DNA from: an uncultured Pelagibacteraceae bacterium
GTDB taxonomy: Bacteria > Pseudomonadota > Alphaproteobacteria > Pelagibacterales > Pelagibacteraceae
Assembly (NCBI GenBank): GCA_902610675.1
Contig: CACLWP010000005.1
Span: 4,975 to 68,974, forward strand
Direction: 5' to 3'
DNA length: 64,000 nt
Below, piece after piece: positions 36,100 to 44,954 of the stretch. Numbering within the stretch: the stretch's first letter is position 1; every line of letters begins with the position of its first letter. A model generated the notes under the pieces. The model did not search any database and was not told the origin of the DNA. It was given only the letters and a program-made list of their open reading frames with translations. A program made the position numbers and the translations under genes.

Positions 36100-37089
36100 T
36101 TATCTACCAATAGCAACCATTTTTTCTACTGACAATCTCGCTCTATCAATTGTTTCTTGGTCCATGATAATTTCACCAGTTTCATTTTCTAAACAGTCTA
36201 ATATTTTTGGTAAAGTAATTTTTTTCATATGTGGACACATATTACATGGTCTTATAAATTCAACGTTTGGATTTTCCACTTGAATGTTATCACTCATAGA
36301 ACACTCAGTTACCATCATTACTTTTTTCGGCTGATTATCTTTAACATAATTAATCATTCCCGATGTTGATCCTGCAAAATCACTGGCTTTAATCACTTCT
36401 GGTGGACATTCTGGATGTGCAATTATTTTAATTCCAGGATTATTTTTCCTTATATTGTTAATCTCATTTTCATTGAATTGATCATGAACAATACAAATTC
36501 CTTTCCATGAAATAATTTCAACGTCGGTTTGTGAGGCAACATATTTAGCTAAATAATCGTCAGGTAAAAAAATAACTTTTTTCACACCTAAGGATTTTAC
36601 AATTTTAACTGCATTTGCAGATGTACAACACACATCTGTTTCTGCTTTTACATCAGCAGATGTATTTACATATGAGACAACAGGAACTCCTGGATACTTT
36701 TCTTTTAACAACCTTACATCTTTACCCGTAATTGAAGAGGATAATGAACAACCCGCTTTCATGTCTGGTAATAAAACTTTTTTATTTGGACTCATTAATT
36801 TTGACGTCTCAGCCATGAAATGAACTCCAGCCATAACAATTATATCTGCTGAGGTTTTTGATGCTTCAACGGCAAGAGCTAAAGAGTCTGCAGAAAAATC
36901 CGCAATACCGTGATAAATTTCTGGAGTTTGATAGTTATGAGCAAGTATTACTGCATTCTTCTCTTTTTTTAATTTATTAATTTTATGAATATAAGGAGCA
37001 TGAACTGCCCACTCAATCTCAGGCATAACCTTTGAAATCTTCTTATAAATTGGATCAGTTGCCAATTTTACTTCTTGATTAAATTCCAT
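36100..37089 (-). CDS. nadA: Quinolinate synthase
   Basis: [21 protein letters not shown] and AHPEC motifs with three Fe-S cysteines. Confidence 0.97.
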   Translation of the reverse strand: MEFNQEVKLATDPIYKKISKVMPEIEWAVHAPYIHKINKLKKEKNAVILAHNYQTPEIYHGIADFSADSLALAVEASKTSADIIVMAGVHFMAETSKLMSPNKKVLLPDMKAGCSLSSSITGKDVRLLKEKYPGVPVVSYVNTSADVKAETDVCCTSANAVKIVKSLGVKKVIFLPDDYLAKYVASQTDVEIISWKGICIVHDQFNENEINNIRKNNPGIKIIAHPECPPEVIKASDFAGSTSGMINYVKDNQPKKVMMVTECSMSDNIQVENPNVEFIRPCNMCPHMKKITLPKILDCLENETGEIIMDQETIDRARLSVEKMVAIGR

Positions 37090-37146
37090 ATACAAAATTT
37101 ATCAATTTGAAACCTACTTGTCATTGATTTAATGTGGGTCATATTT

Positions 37147-37232
37147 GCGGCCATGCTGAAATTGGTAGACAGGCACGGTTGAGGGCCGTGTGGACCTAGT
37201 CCATGAGAGTTCGAGTCTCTCTGGCCGCACCA
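37147..37232 (+). tRNA. tRNA-Leu, anticodon GAG
   Basis: GCGGCCA/TGGCCGC acceptor stem, CACGG-TTGAGGG-CCGTG anticodon arm, long variable arm, GTTCGAG T-loop, encoded CCA. Confidence 0.95.
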
Positions 37233-37237
37233 AAAAA

Positions 37238-38125
37238 CTAAATCTTTAGCCATTCAGGGATAAATATTTTAAATGATGCATTTTTACTTTTTAAAGTAAG
37301 GTCTTTATTGAAATTTTCATTTGAAAATTTTATCAAAGCAAACGGATACTCTTCATTTATCAAAATTTTTCCAATTTCAATCTCATTACAATATACCGTC
37401 TCACCTTCATCAAGTTTTCCATCAATTATCTCAACTGGCAATAACCTCTTAGAAAGTTTATTTTTAAGCTTAATTCTAGCAGTATTTTCTTGTCCTACGT
37501 AACATCCTTTTTTAAAATCAATACCATTTAGTTCTTCAAAATTACATTCAATACCAAATAATTTATTTTTAAGTTTATTTAAATTCTTTGGAACAATCCC
37601 AAGTTTATGACTTTGATGATAATAGCCCTCAATTTTATCGTCTTTTAATTCAAGTTTTTTTAGAGATAAATAAAGTTTTTCTAAATTAATAATTAGTCTA
37701 GCACCCAAATTTTTATTTCTTGGATCTAGAACTATTGGATCCTCTCTATATTTCATAGTAAAACCAAGAATATCTTTTGTGTTATCTAATGATAAATATT
37801 TTTCATAACCAAAACTTGCAACAACAAATTCATTGCTAAGATTAAGAATTTCTACTTTTGATCTAATTTTGTATAAATTTAACTGTTTCAATATTTCCTC
37901 AGATTGAGACTTTTCACAATCAATAAAAAAACCTGACTTATGTTTTACAACAATAAATTCATAAAGAAACTTGCCTTGAGGGGTTAATAATGAGGCAAAA
38001 CAACTTGAGCTATCTGTAACTTTATTAATGTCATTGCTAATTAAATTTTGCAAGAAGTCTATAGCGTCCTGGCCATTTACATAAAGTATGGCTCTATCTT
38101 TTAATATATAAACACTATTATTCAT
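37238..38125 (-). CDS. ygfZ: Folate-binding Fe-S maturation protein YgfZ/IBA57
   Basis: Signature KGCYVGQE and LLTPQGK; ATG at 38125 avoids overlap with the divergent pyrC. Confidence 0.93.
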   Translation of the reverse strand: MNNSVYILKDRAILYVNGQDAIDFLQNLISNDINKVTDSSSCFASLLTPQGKFLYEFIVVKHKSGFFIDCEKSQSEEILKQLNLYKIRSKVEILNLSNEFVVASFGYEKYLSLDNTKDILGFTMKYREDPIVLDPRNKNLGARLIINLEKLYLSLKKLELKDDKIEGYYHQSHKLGIVPKNLNKLKNKLFGIECNFEELNGIDFKKGCYVGQENTARIKLKNKLSKRLLPVEIIDGKLDEGETVYCNEIEIGKILINEEYPFALIKFSNENFNKDLTLKSKNASFKIFIPEWLKI

Positions 38126-38168
38126 ATTTGATTGAACGTTAAATTTAATATAATAACTTTTTTTAAAA

Positions 38169-39476
38169 ATGTTAGATCTAATAATCAAAAATGGGCAATG
38201 TTATATCGATGGGAAACTACAGGATAAAGATATAGCCGTTAAAAAGGGTAAAATATTAAAGATTGGTCAAATATCAGAGAAGGCAAAAAAAGTCTATGAT
38301 GCTAAAAATAAAATTACCTTACCTGGCTGTATAGATACTCAGACGCATTTTAGAGAACCAGGTTCAACAGATACAGAAGATCTTAACTCTGGAAGCAGAG
38401 CAGCAGTAGCAGGAGGAATTACAGCAGTATTTGAGATGCCAAATACTAACCCTCCAACCTCTAATTTAAAAGAGTTTCAGAAAAAATTAGATCTTGCAAA
38501 AAATAGAATGTATTGCAACTACGCTTTCTATTTTGGTGCAACAGCAGGTAACGTTAGTCAACTCGCTGAGTTAAAAAATTTAGAGGGCTGTTGTGGGATC
38601 AAATTGTTTGTAGGTTCGTCAACAGGTAATCTCTTAGTAGCACTAGAGGAAGATATTGATAAAGTTTTTCAAAATAGTTCAAAGGTAGTAGCAGTTCACT
38701 CAGAGGATGAAGAAATCTTAAATAAGAATAAAAAATTGATTAAAAATGGTGATGTGCATTCACATCCTATTTGGAGAAGTGAGGAGTGTGCAATTTCTTC
38801 CACTAGAAGAATAGTTAGACTTGCAAAAAAATATAATAAGAAAGCGCATGTACTTCATATTACCACTAAACAAGAAGTAGATTTTTTATCTCAACATAAA
38901 GTTAATATTACTTTTGAAATTACTCCACAACATTTAACAATCTATGCGCCTGATTGTTATGATAAACTTGGAACTTACGCTCAGATGAATCCACCAATTA
39001 GAGATAAATCTCACTACGATCGATTATGGTATGCGGTAAGAAATAATTTAAATGATACAATTGGCTCAGATCACGCACCACATTTAAAAGTAAATAAAGA
39101 TAAAGAGTATCCCGATTCTCCATCTGGCATGCCAGGTGTTCAAACACTTATGCCAGTCATGTTAGATCATGTTAATCATGGAAAATTGTCACTAACTCAA
39201 CTAATAAATCTAGTATGTGAAAATCCAATAAAAATATTTGGGATACAGAACAAAGGTTATATTAAAGAGGGGTATGATGCTGATTTCACGATTGTTGATA
39301 TGAACAAGATAATTAAGATTAAAAATGAGAATATAGAAAGTAAGTGTGGATGGTCACCTTTTAATAATGTTGAGTTTAAAGGAACACCAGTAGCAACAAT
39401 AATCTCTGGTAAAATAAAAATGATAGATGGAAAGATCTTGGGTGAACCAGAGGGTACACCTCTAAAATTTAGTTAA
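38169..39476 (+). CDS. pyrC: Dihydroorotase (long form)
   Basis: QTHFREPG, AGGITAVFEMPNT, MNPPIR and SDHAPH motifs. Confidence 0.88.
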   Translation: MLDLIIKNGQCYIDGKLQDKDIAVKKGKILKIGQISEKAKKVYDAKNKITLPGCIDTQTHFREPGSTDTEDLNSGSRAAVAGGITAVFEMPNTNPPTSNLKEFQKKLDLAKNRMYCNYAFYFGATAGNVSQLAELKNLEGCCGIKLFVGSSTGNLLVALEEDIDKVFQNSSKVVAVHSEDEEILNKNKKLIKNGDVHSHPIWRSEECAISSTRRIVRLAKKYNKKAHVLHITTKQEVDFLSQHKVNITFEITPQHLTIYAPDCYDKLGTYAQMNPPIRDKSHYDRLWYAVRNNLNDTIGSDHAPHLKVNKDKEYPDSPSGMPGVQTLMPVMLDHVNHGKLSLTQLINLVCENPIKIFGIQNKGYIKEGYDADFTIVDMNKIIKIKNENIESKCGWSPFNNVEFKGTPVATIISGKIKMIDGKILGEPEGTPLKFS

Positions 39477-39801
39477 TCTTAATTGTAAAACTATTTACTA
39501 ATATAACACCAATAACTATAAGAAATAACCCAACAATTGCTTGCCAAGCTAGAGTTTGTTTAAAAAAGAAATAACCAAGTAATGCTATTGTAAATATTCC
39601 TAGCCCACTCCAAGTAGCATAAACAATTGCAATTGGGAGTTTATCCATAACAAAAGTCATTAAATAGAAAGACACCAGATAAAATATTGTTAAACAAATG
39701 GTTGGAATAATCTTCGTAAAATTCTGTGAGACCGGCAATAACATTGTTCCAGCCACCTCACAAAATATAGCGACAAATAGAAAGGAGTATGTTTTAAGCA
39801 C
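39469..39801 (-). CDS. SMR family small multidrug/cation exporter
   Basis: 110 aa, four TMs, membrane Glu in AIFCEV, YATWSGLG. Confidence 0.9.
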   Translation of the reverse strand: MLKTYSFLFVAIFCEVAGTMLLPVSQNFTKIIPTICLTIFYLVSFYLMTFVMDKLPIAIVYATWSGLGIFTIALLGYFFFKQTLAWQAIVGLFLIVIGVILVNSFTIKIN

Positions 39802-41695
39802 TATTTAATATTTTACTATCAATTAAGTCTTGTTTAATTTCATCAAGAATTGCAGGATCATCTATAGTTGGAGGCATTTTATATTCAACATTATCAGCAA
39901 TTTTTCTAATTGTTCCTCTCAAGATTTTCCCAGACCTTGTTTTTGGAAGTCTTTTAATTACTATTGCAACTTTAAAAGCTGCTACAGGACCTATTTTATC
40001 CCTTACCATTTGAATACATTCTTTAGAAATTGTCTCGTTATCTTTATCAACCCCAGCTTTTAAAACAATCAGTCCTATTGGTAATTGTCCTTTTAATTTA
40101 TCTGCGATACCGAGAACCGCACATTCAGCCACTGATTGATGTTCAGATAAAACTTCCTCAATCGCACCAGTTGATAACCTATGGCCAGCAACATTTATGA
40201 TGTCATCAGTCCTAGACATAATCCATATATAGCCATCTTCATCAATATGACCTGCATCATAAGTTTGATAGTAGCCATCATAGTTTGACATATAATTTTC
40301 TTTATATCTTTGATCTGCATTCCAAAGAGTTGGAAATGTACCAGGGGGTAAAGGCAATTTAACTACAATATCTCCCATTTCGTTTGGTTCAGCTAAAGTT
40401 TGATCTGACTTAACAATTTTTACATCATAGCCTGGCACTGCTTTACATGCCGAACCATATTTAGTTTTCATCATTTCAATTCCTGTGCAATTCGAGCTTA
40501 TTGCCCAACTAGTTTCAGTTTGCCACCAATGGTCAATCACCGGAACTTTTAATAAATTTTCTGCCCATTTAATTGTATCTGGATCAGCTCTTTCACCAGC
40601 AAGAAATAAACTTTCAAAATTACTTAGATCATATTTAGAGAAGAATTTTCCCTCAGGATCTTCTTTTTTAATTGCTCTAAAGGCAGTCGGAGCTGTAAAT
40701 AAAGATTTTACCTTGTAATCAGAAATGATTTTCCAGAAAGCTCCCGCATCAGGTGTACCCACAGGTTTTCCTTCGAACAAAACAGTTGTACATCCTTTAA
40801 ACAATGGAGCGTAAACTATGTATGAATGGCCAACAATCCAACCAATATCACTTGCTGACCACCAAATATCTCCCTCATCAATATTGTAGATATTTTTCAT
40901 TGTCCATTTCAAAGCCACTATGTGACCTCCAATGTCTCTTACTATTCCCTTAGGCGTTCCTGTTGTACCCGAGGTATATAGTATATAGGCAAACTCATTT
41001 GAATTCATCTCTACACAGTCAGTATTCTTAGCATCAGCTAATGCTTCATCCCAACTAATTTCACTAGGTGCATTTAAATTAACCTCATGATCTTTTCTTT
41101 GAAATAAAATCATCTTACTTATCTTGTGTTTTGCCAGTTTAATAGCTTCATCTACTAATGGTTTATATTCAACTGTTCTTCCAGGCTCAAAACCACATGA
41201 CGCTGTTACAAGAATTTTAGCTTTACTGTCATCTATCCTGCTTGCAAGTTCATTTGATGCAAATCCACCAAAAACAACTGAGTGAATTGCTCCAATTCTT
41301 CCACAAGCAAGCATGGCAATCACTGCTTCAGGGATCATTGGCATATAAATTATTACTCTATCACCCTTACTAACACCTTGATTTTTTAATGCCCCCGCAA
41401 ATTTTGACACTTTTGATCTTAATTCTTCATATGTAAGTTTACTTTTGTTTCCTGTGATGGGACTATCGTATATAAGTGCAATTTTTTTACCTTGACCCTT
41501 ATCAATATGTATATCTAATGCATTGTAGCAAGTGTTTGTAACTCCGTCTTCGAACCATTTGTAAAAAGGAGGGTTTGATTTGTTTAAAATTTTTGAGGGT
41601 TTCTTAAACCAAAATATATCGTTAGATGCCTCTCTCCAGAAATTTTCTGGATCTTCAATTGATTTTTTATAAATTTCCTCGAATTTACCTGACAT
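39794..41695 (-). CDS. prpE: Propionate-CoA ligase (PrpE-like acyl-CoA synthetase)
   Basis: YTSGTTGTPKG, HSVVFGGF, IDHWWQTET and LPKTRSGKILR motifs. Confidence 0.88.
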   Translation of the reverse strand: MSGKFEEIYKKSIEDPENFWREASNDIFWFKKPSKILNKSNPPFYKWFEDGVTNTCYNALDIHIDKGQGKKIALIYDSPITGNKSKLTYEELRSKVSKFAGALKNQGVSKGDRVIIYMPMIPEAVIAMLACGRIGAIHSVVFGGFASNELASRIDDSKAKILVTASCGFEPGRTVEYKPLVDEAIKLAKHKISKMILFQRKDHEVNLNAPSEISWDEALADAKNTDCVEMNSNEFAYILYTSGTTGTPKGIVRDIGGHIVALKWTMKNIYNIDEGDIWWSASDIGWIVGHSYIVYAPLFKGCTTVLFEGKPVGTPDAGAFWKIISDYKVKSLFTAPTAFRAIKKEDPEGKFFSKYDLSNFESLFLAGERADPDTIKWAENLLKVPVIDHWWQTETSWAISSNCTGIEMMKTKYGSACKAVPGYDVKIVKSDQTLAEPNEMGDIVVKLPLPPGTFPTLWNADQRYKENYMSNYDGYYQTYDAGHIDEDGYIWIMSRTDDIINVAGHRLSTGAIEEVLSEHQSVAECAVLGIADKLKGQLPIGLIVLKAGVDKDNETISKECIQMVRDKIGPVAAFKVAIVIKRLPKTRSGKILRGTIRKIADNVEYKMPPTIDDPAILDEIKQDLIDSKILNSA

Positions 41696-41840
41696 AATAA
41701 TATTGATTCGTTAGTTAATTTATTGTGGTTTTTAAATCACAAATTGTATTTAATTTTAAAAAACGAGTAAAATCAATGTAAATTAATGTCAATTATGTCT
41801 TCTATAAACTGTTTTTATTTGGTATTTAACCACAACTTTT

Positions 41841-41900
41841 GCTTAGGGAAGCCTAAGCTTAGTTTATATAAACTAAAGTAAAAACTAACTAAAGAGGGAG
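41841..41900 (+). promoter_or_regulatory. Structured proteorhodopsin upstream region: hairpin, 18-bp palindrome and strong SD
   Basis: GCTTAGG-GAAG-CCTAAGC at 41841-41858, TTAGTTTATATAAACTAA at 41859-41876, AGAGGGAG ending at 41900. Confidence 0.55.
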
Positions 41901-41906
41901 TTTTTT

Positions 41907-42683
41907 ATGAAAAAACTTAAACTGTTTGCTCTAGCAGCCTTAGCCCTAGTGGGTTATGCAGGTGTTGCTAATGCAGCAGACGCAACGATGTTAGCACAGG
42001 ATGACTTTGTTGGAATATCTTTTTGGATAATTTCAATGGGTATGTTAGCTAGTACAGCTTTTTTCTTTATGGAAAGAGGTACTGTTAACCCTGCGTGGAA
42101 AACATCAGTAACTGTTGCAGGTCTTGTAACTGGTATTGCTTTCATTCACTACATGTATATGAGAGAAGTATGGGTTGCTACAGGTGACTCACCAACAGTA
42201 TACAGATATATTGACTGGTTAATTACTGTGCCACTACAGATGGTAGAGTTCTACTTAATCTTAGTAGCAGTAAGAAAAGCAAATTCTGGAATGTTCTGGA
42301 GATTGTTAATCGGTTCATTAGTAATGTTAATCGGTGGATATTTAGGAGAAGCTGGATACATCAACGCTACACTTGGTTTTGTAATCGGTATGGCTGGATG
42401 GATTTACATTCTATATGAAATATTCTCTGGTGAAGCTGGAAGAGCTGCTGCTAAAAGCGGTAACAAAGCTCTTGTAACTGCGTTCGGTGCAATGAGAATG
42501 ATTGTAACTGTAGGTTGGGCTATTTATCCATTAGGTTATGTATTTGGTTACTTAACAGGTGGTGTAGATGCTAACTCACTAAACGTTGTTTACAACTTAG
42601 CTGACTTCATTAACAAAATTGCATTTGGTCTAGTAATCTGGGCTGCTGCAATGAGTTCAGGAGCTGGCGCAAGAGCAAGATAA
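41907..42683 (+). CDS. Proteorhodopsin, DTE proton pump, blue-tuned (Q105)
   Basis: Signal peptide and seven TMs; RYIDWLITVPLQMVE gives D97/T101/Q105/E108; His in AFIHY; retinal Lys in ADFINK. Confidence 0.98.
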   Translation: MKKLKLFALAALALVGYAGVANAADATMLAQDDFVGISFWIISMGMLASTAFFFMERGTVNPAWKTSVTVAGLVTGIAFIHYMYMREVWVATGDSPTVYRYIDWLITVPLQMVEFYLILVAVRKANSGMFWRLLIGSLVMLIGGYLGEAGYINATLGFVIGMAGWIYILYEIFSGEAGRAAAKSGNKALVTAFGAMRMIVTVGWAIYPLGYVFGYLTGGVDANSLNVVYNLADFINKIAFGLVIWAAAMSSGAGARAR

Positions 42684-42706
42684 TTACTAAGTAATTAAAA
42701 TAATTT

Positions 42707-42744
42707 TAGGGCGAGTATGTTTTGCATACTTGCCCTATTTTTTT
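42707..42744 (+). terminator. Intrinsic terminator after proteorhodopsin
   Basis: TAGGGCGAGTATG / CATACTTGCCCTA stem (one G-U pair) followed by T7. Confidence 0.9.
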
Positions 42745-42756
42745 AAACACCTATAT
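42729..42756 (+). promoter_or_regulatory. Candidate sigma32 promoter for the ferredoxin-reductase-GST genes
   Basis: CTTG-N17-CCTATAT; its -35 lies inside the 3' arm of the terminator. Confidence 0.55.
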
Positions 42757-42764
42757 CTAATCGA

Positions 42765-43085
42765 ATGGCAAGAATAACTTATATCACTCACAATGATGAA
42801 AAACATACTGTTGAGGTTCAAAACGGTCTTACTGTAATGGAGGGAGCAGTTCAAAACGATATACCAGGCATAGATGCTGATTGCGGTGGTGGAATGGCAT
42901 GTGCAACTTGCCATGTTTATGTCAAAGATGATTGGTTTAATAAAATTCCAAAAAAAGAAGATGGAGAAGATGATATGTTAGATATGGCATTTGAACCAAA
43001 AACAAATAGTAGACTAAGTTGTCAAATAATTGTCTCAGATGAACTAGATGGGCTTGAAGTAAACATACCATCCAAGCAAGCTTAA
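42765..43085 (+). CDS. fdx: [2Fe-2S] ferredoxin, adrenodoxin type
   Basis: CGGGMACATCH and SRLSCQ motifs. Confidence 0.95.
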   Translation: MARITYITHNDEKHTVEVQNGLTVMEGAVQNDIPGIDADCGGGMACATCHVYVKDDWFNKIPKKEDGEDDMLDMAFEPKTNSRLSCQIIVSDELDGLEVNIPSKQA

Positions 43086-44102
43086 ATGATAAAAACTGAT
43101 GCATTAATTATTGGAGCAGGTCCAACAGGATTATTTACTGCACATCAACTAAATTTGATTGGATTAAGCTGTGAAGTAGTTGACAACTTAGATAAGATTG
43201 GTGGTCAATGTATCGAGCTTTATCCAGATAAACCAATATATGATATACCCGCAGTTCCTGAATGTACAGGTGAACAACTCACAAACAATTTAATAAATCA
43301 ATTAAAACCTTTTGATATTAAATTTCATTTAAATCAAAGAGTTGAAGAAGTTAAAAGAGATAAAGAAAATTGGATTGTAAAAACGAATAGTGGTAATACT
43401 TTTTTAACACCAAATGTTATTATTGCAGGAGGTGTTGGTTCATTTGAACCAAGAAAATTTTCTCCTAAAGAGTGTGAAAAATTTGAAAATAAATCATTAT
43501 TTTATTCTGTAAAAGATAAAAAAATTTTTGAGGGAAAAACAGTAGCAATTTTTGGTGGTGGAGATAGCGCACTAGATTGGGCAGTTGAATTATCGAAAAA
43601 ATCCAAGGTAAATTTGATACACAGAAGAGATGAATTCAGAGGTGCAGAAGCTACTGTTAGCAAAATGCATGCGTTAGTAAAAGAGGGTAAAATAAATCTT
43701 TTTACAAAATATCAAATGATGTCAGTTAAAGGAAATGGTAAATTAAAAAGTATAGATTTAAAAAATGATGAGGATGAAATAAAGAATATAAAAACTGATT
43801 ACGCCTTGGGTTTTTTTGGTCTAATAATGCAATTAGGACCAATAGCTAATTGGGGACTTAATTTAAATAAAAAAACTATTGAAGTTGATACTGAAAAATT
43901 TGAAACAAATCAAAAGGGCATCTATGCAGTAGGCGATATTTGTAACTATCCCGGTAAATTAAAACTAATTTTATCAGGCTTCCACGAAGGTGCTTTAGCG
44001 GCGAGAGCATGTTTTAAATTAGCAAGACCTAACGAAAAATATCGATTTGAATTTACAACAACATCAACAAACTTATTAAAAAGACTTGGAAAAAAAGAGT
44101 GA
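43086..44102 (+). CDS. Thioredoxin-reductase-like ferredoxin-NADP+ reductase
   Basis: GAGPTG, LYPDKPIYDIP, GGGDSALDW and HRR motifs; no CxxC redox pair; adjacent to fdx. Confidence 0.88.
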   Translation: MIKTDALIIGAGPTGLFTAHQLNLIGLSCEVVDNLDKIGGQCIELYPDKPIYDIPAVPECTGEQLTNNLINQLKPFDIKFHLNQRVEEVKRDKENWIVKTNSGNTFLTPNVIIAGGVGSFEPRKFSPKECEKFENKSLFYSVKDKKIFEGKTVAIFGGGDSALDWAVELSKKSKVNLIHRRDEFRGAEATVSKMHALVKEGKINLFTKYQMMSVKGNGKLKSIDLKNDEDEIKNIKTDYALGFFGLIMQLGPIANWGLNLNKKTIEVDTEKFETNQKGIYAVGDICNYPGKLKLILSGFHEGALAARACFKLARPNEKYRFEFTTTSTNLLKRLGKKE

Positions 44103-44728
44103 TAGATCTTTACTCAGCTAATACACCTAATGGCAAAAAAATTAGTATTATGCTCGAGGAAATTGGATTTGACTACAAAGTAATTAAAGTTGATATTAAT
44201 AATGGTGAACAATTTAAAGAAGAATTTAAAAAAATTAGTCCATTAAGTAAAATCCCAGTAATAATTGATCATAAAAATAAAAAAACAGTCTTTGAGTCTG
44301 GCGCAATTTTAATCTATTTAGCTGAGTTGAGTGGAAAATTTTATAATTCTGAAGAAAAATTAGAGATCAATCAATGGCTTATGGCTCAGATGGGTTATGT
44401 GGGTCCAATGTTAGGCCAACATCATCAATTCCATCATTATAATCCTGGGAAAAGTAAATTTGGTGAGGATAGATATTTTAAAATTTCTAAACGAATATAC
44501 AAAGAGTTAGATGAAAGGTTATCCAAATCAAAATATTTATCAGGTAAAAATTATACAATTGCAGATATTGGTACATTTCCGTGGATTGCAAGACATGAAT
44601 GGCATGATATTGGCCTGAAAAATTATAAAAATCTCACCAGATGGTATGATGAAATTTCTGAAAGGGAAGGTGTAAAAAGAGGTTTTGCGTTCATGAATGA
44701 AAGTGAGACACCCCCTAAACCTTATTAA
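44099..44728 (+). CDS. Glutathione S-transferase family protein (YfcG/YghU-like)
   Basis: TPNG.K, KIPVI, FESGAILIYLAE, GPMLGQ and YTIADI motifs. Confidence 0.92.
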   Translation: MIDLYSANTPNGKKISIMLEEIGFDYKVIKVDINNGEQFKEEFKKISPLSKIPVIIDHKNKKTVFESGAILIYLAELSGKFYNSEEKLEINQWLMAQMGYVGPMLGQHHQFHHYNPGKSKFGEDRYFKISKRIYKELDERLSKSKYLSGKNYTIADIGTFPWIARHEWHDIGLKNYKNLTRWYDEISEREGVKRGFAFMNESETPPKPY

Positions 44729-44829
44729 TTCATTGAAGATAGCAATCTAAATAAAGAGGCAAATATTCCGTGACCTGAGACCTCTATGGCAAGGACAATA
44801 ATAATTATCAAGATTATTTTCGAATCCAT
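44725..44829 (-). CDS. Small 34-aa hydrophobic ORF (below the track cutoff)
   Basis: Manual translation MDSKIILIIIIVLAIEVSGHGIFASLFRLLSSMN; TAATG overlap with the upstream small ORF; stop overlaps the GST stop. Confidence 0.55.
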   Translation of the reverse strand: MDSKIILIIIIVLAIEVSGHGIFASLFRLLSSMN

Positions 44830-44954
44830 TAACTAAATACAATAAATAATAAAATTATCCAAAACAAACCATAATAATAATATATATATTTTTTAGTAAA
44901 ATAATAAGTTACTGGATTATGAACTTTTTTAGTTTTTTTCTTTTTTTTAGTCAT
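44829..44954 (-). CDS. Small 41-aa basic protein with C-terminal membrane segment
   Basis: MTKKKKKTKKVHNPVTYYFTKKYIYYYYGLFWIILLFIVFS; ATG overlaps the last codons of dksA. Confidence 0.6.
   Translation of the reverse strand: MTKKKKKTKKVHNPVTYYFTKKYIYYYYGLFWIILLFIVFS

Noticed and set aside
37147-37232. tRNA-Leu as an integration site
   Set aside because: Flanked directly by the core genes nadA and ygfZ; no att-like repeat seen.
38325-38365. Dihydroorotase has QTH instead of the HxH metal motif
   Set aside because: A Q-x-H variant is, to my knowledge, common in this long-form subfamily, and the other motifs are intact.
42360-42400. Possible carotenoid-antenna fenestration in the rhodopsin (Gly-rich helix E)
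   Set aside because: By-eye alignment puts Phe (LGFVIG) at the relevant position, suggesting no fenestration; a proper alignment is needed to be sure.
41907-42683. Higher GC and different codon usage in proteorhodopsin as a sign of horizontal transfer
   Set aside because: The bias matches high-expression codon choice plus Gly/Ala-rich helices, and the neighbourhood is the usual SAR11 one.
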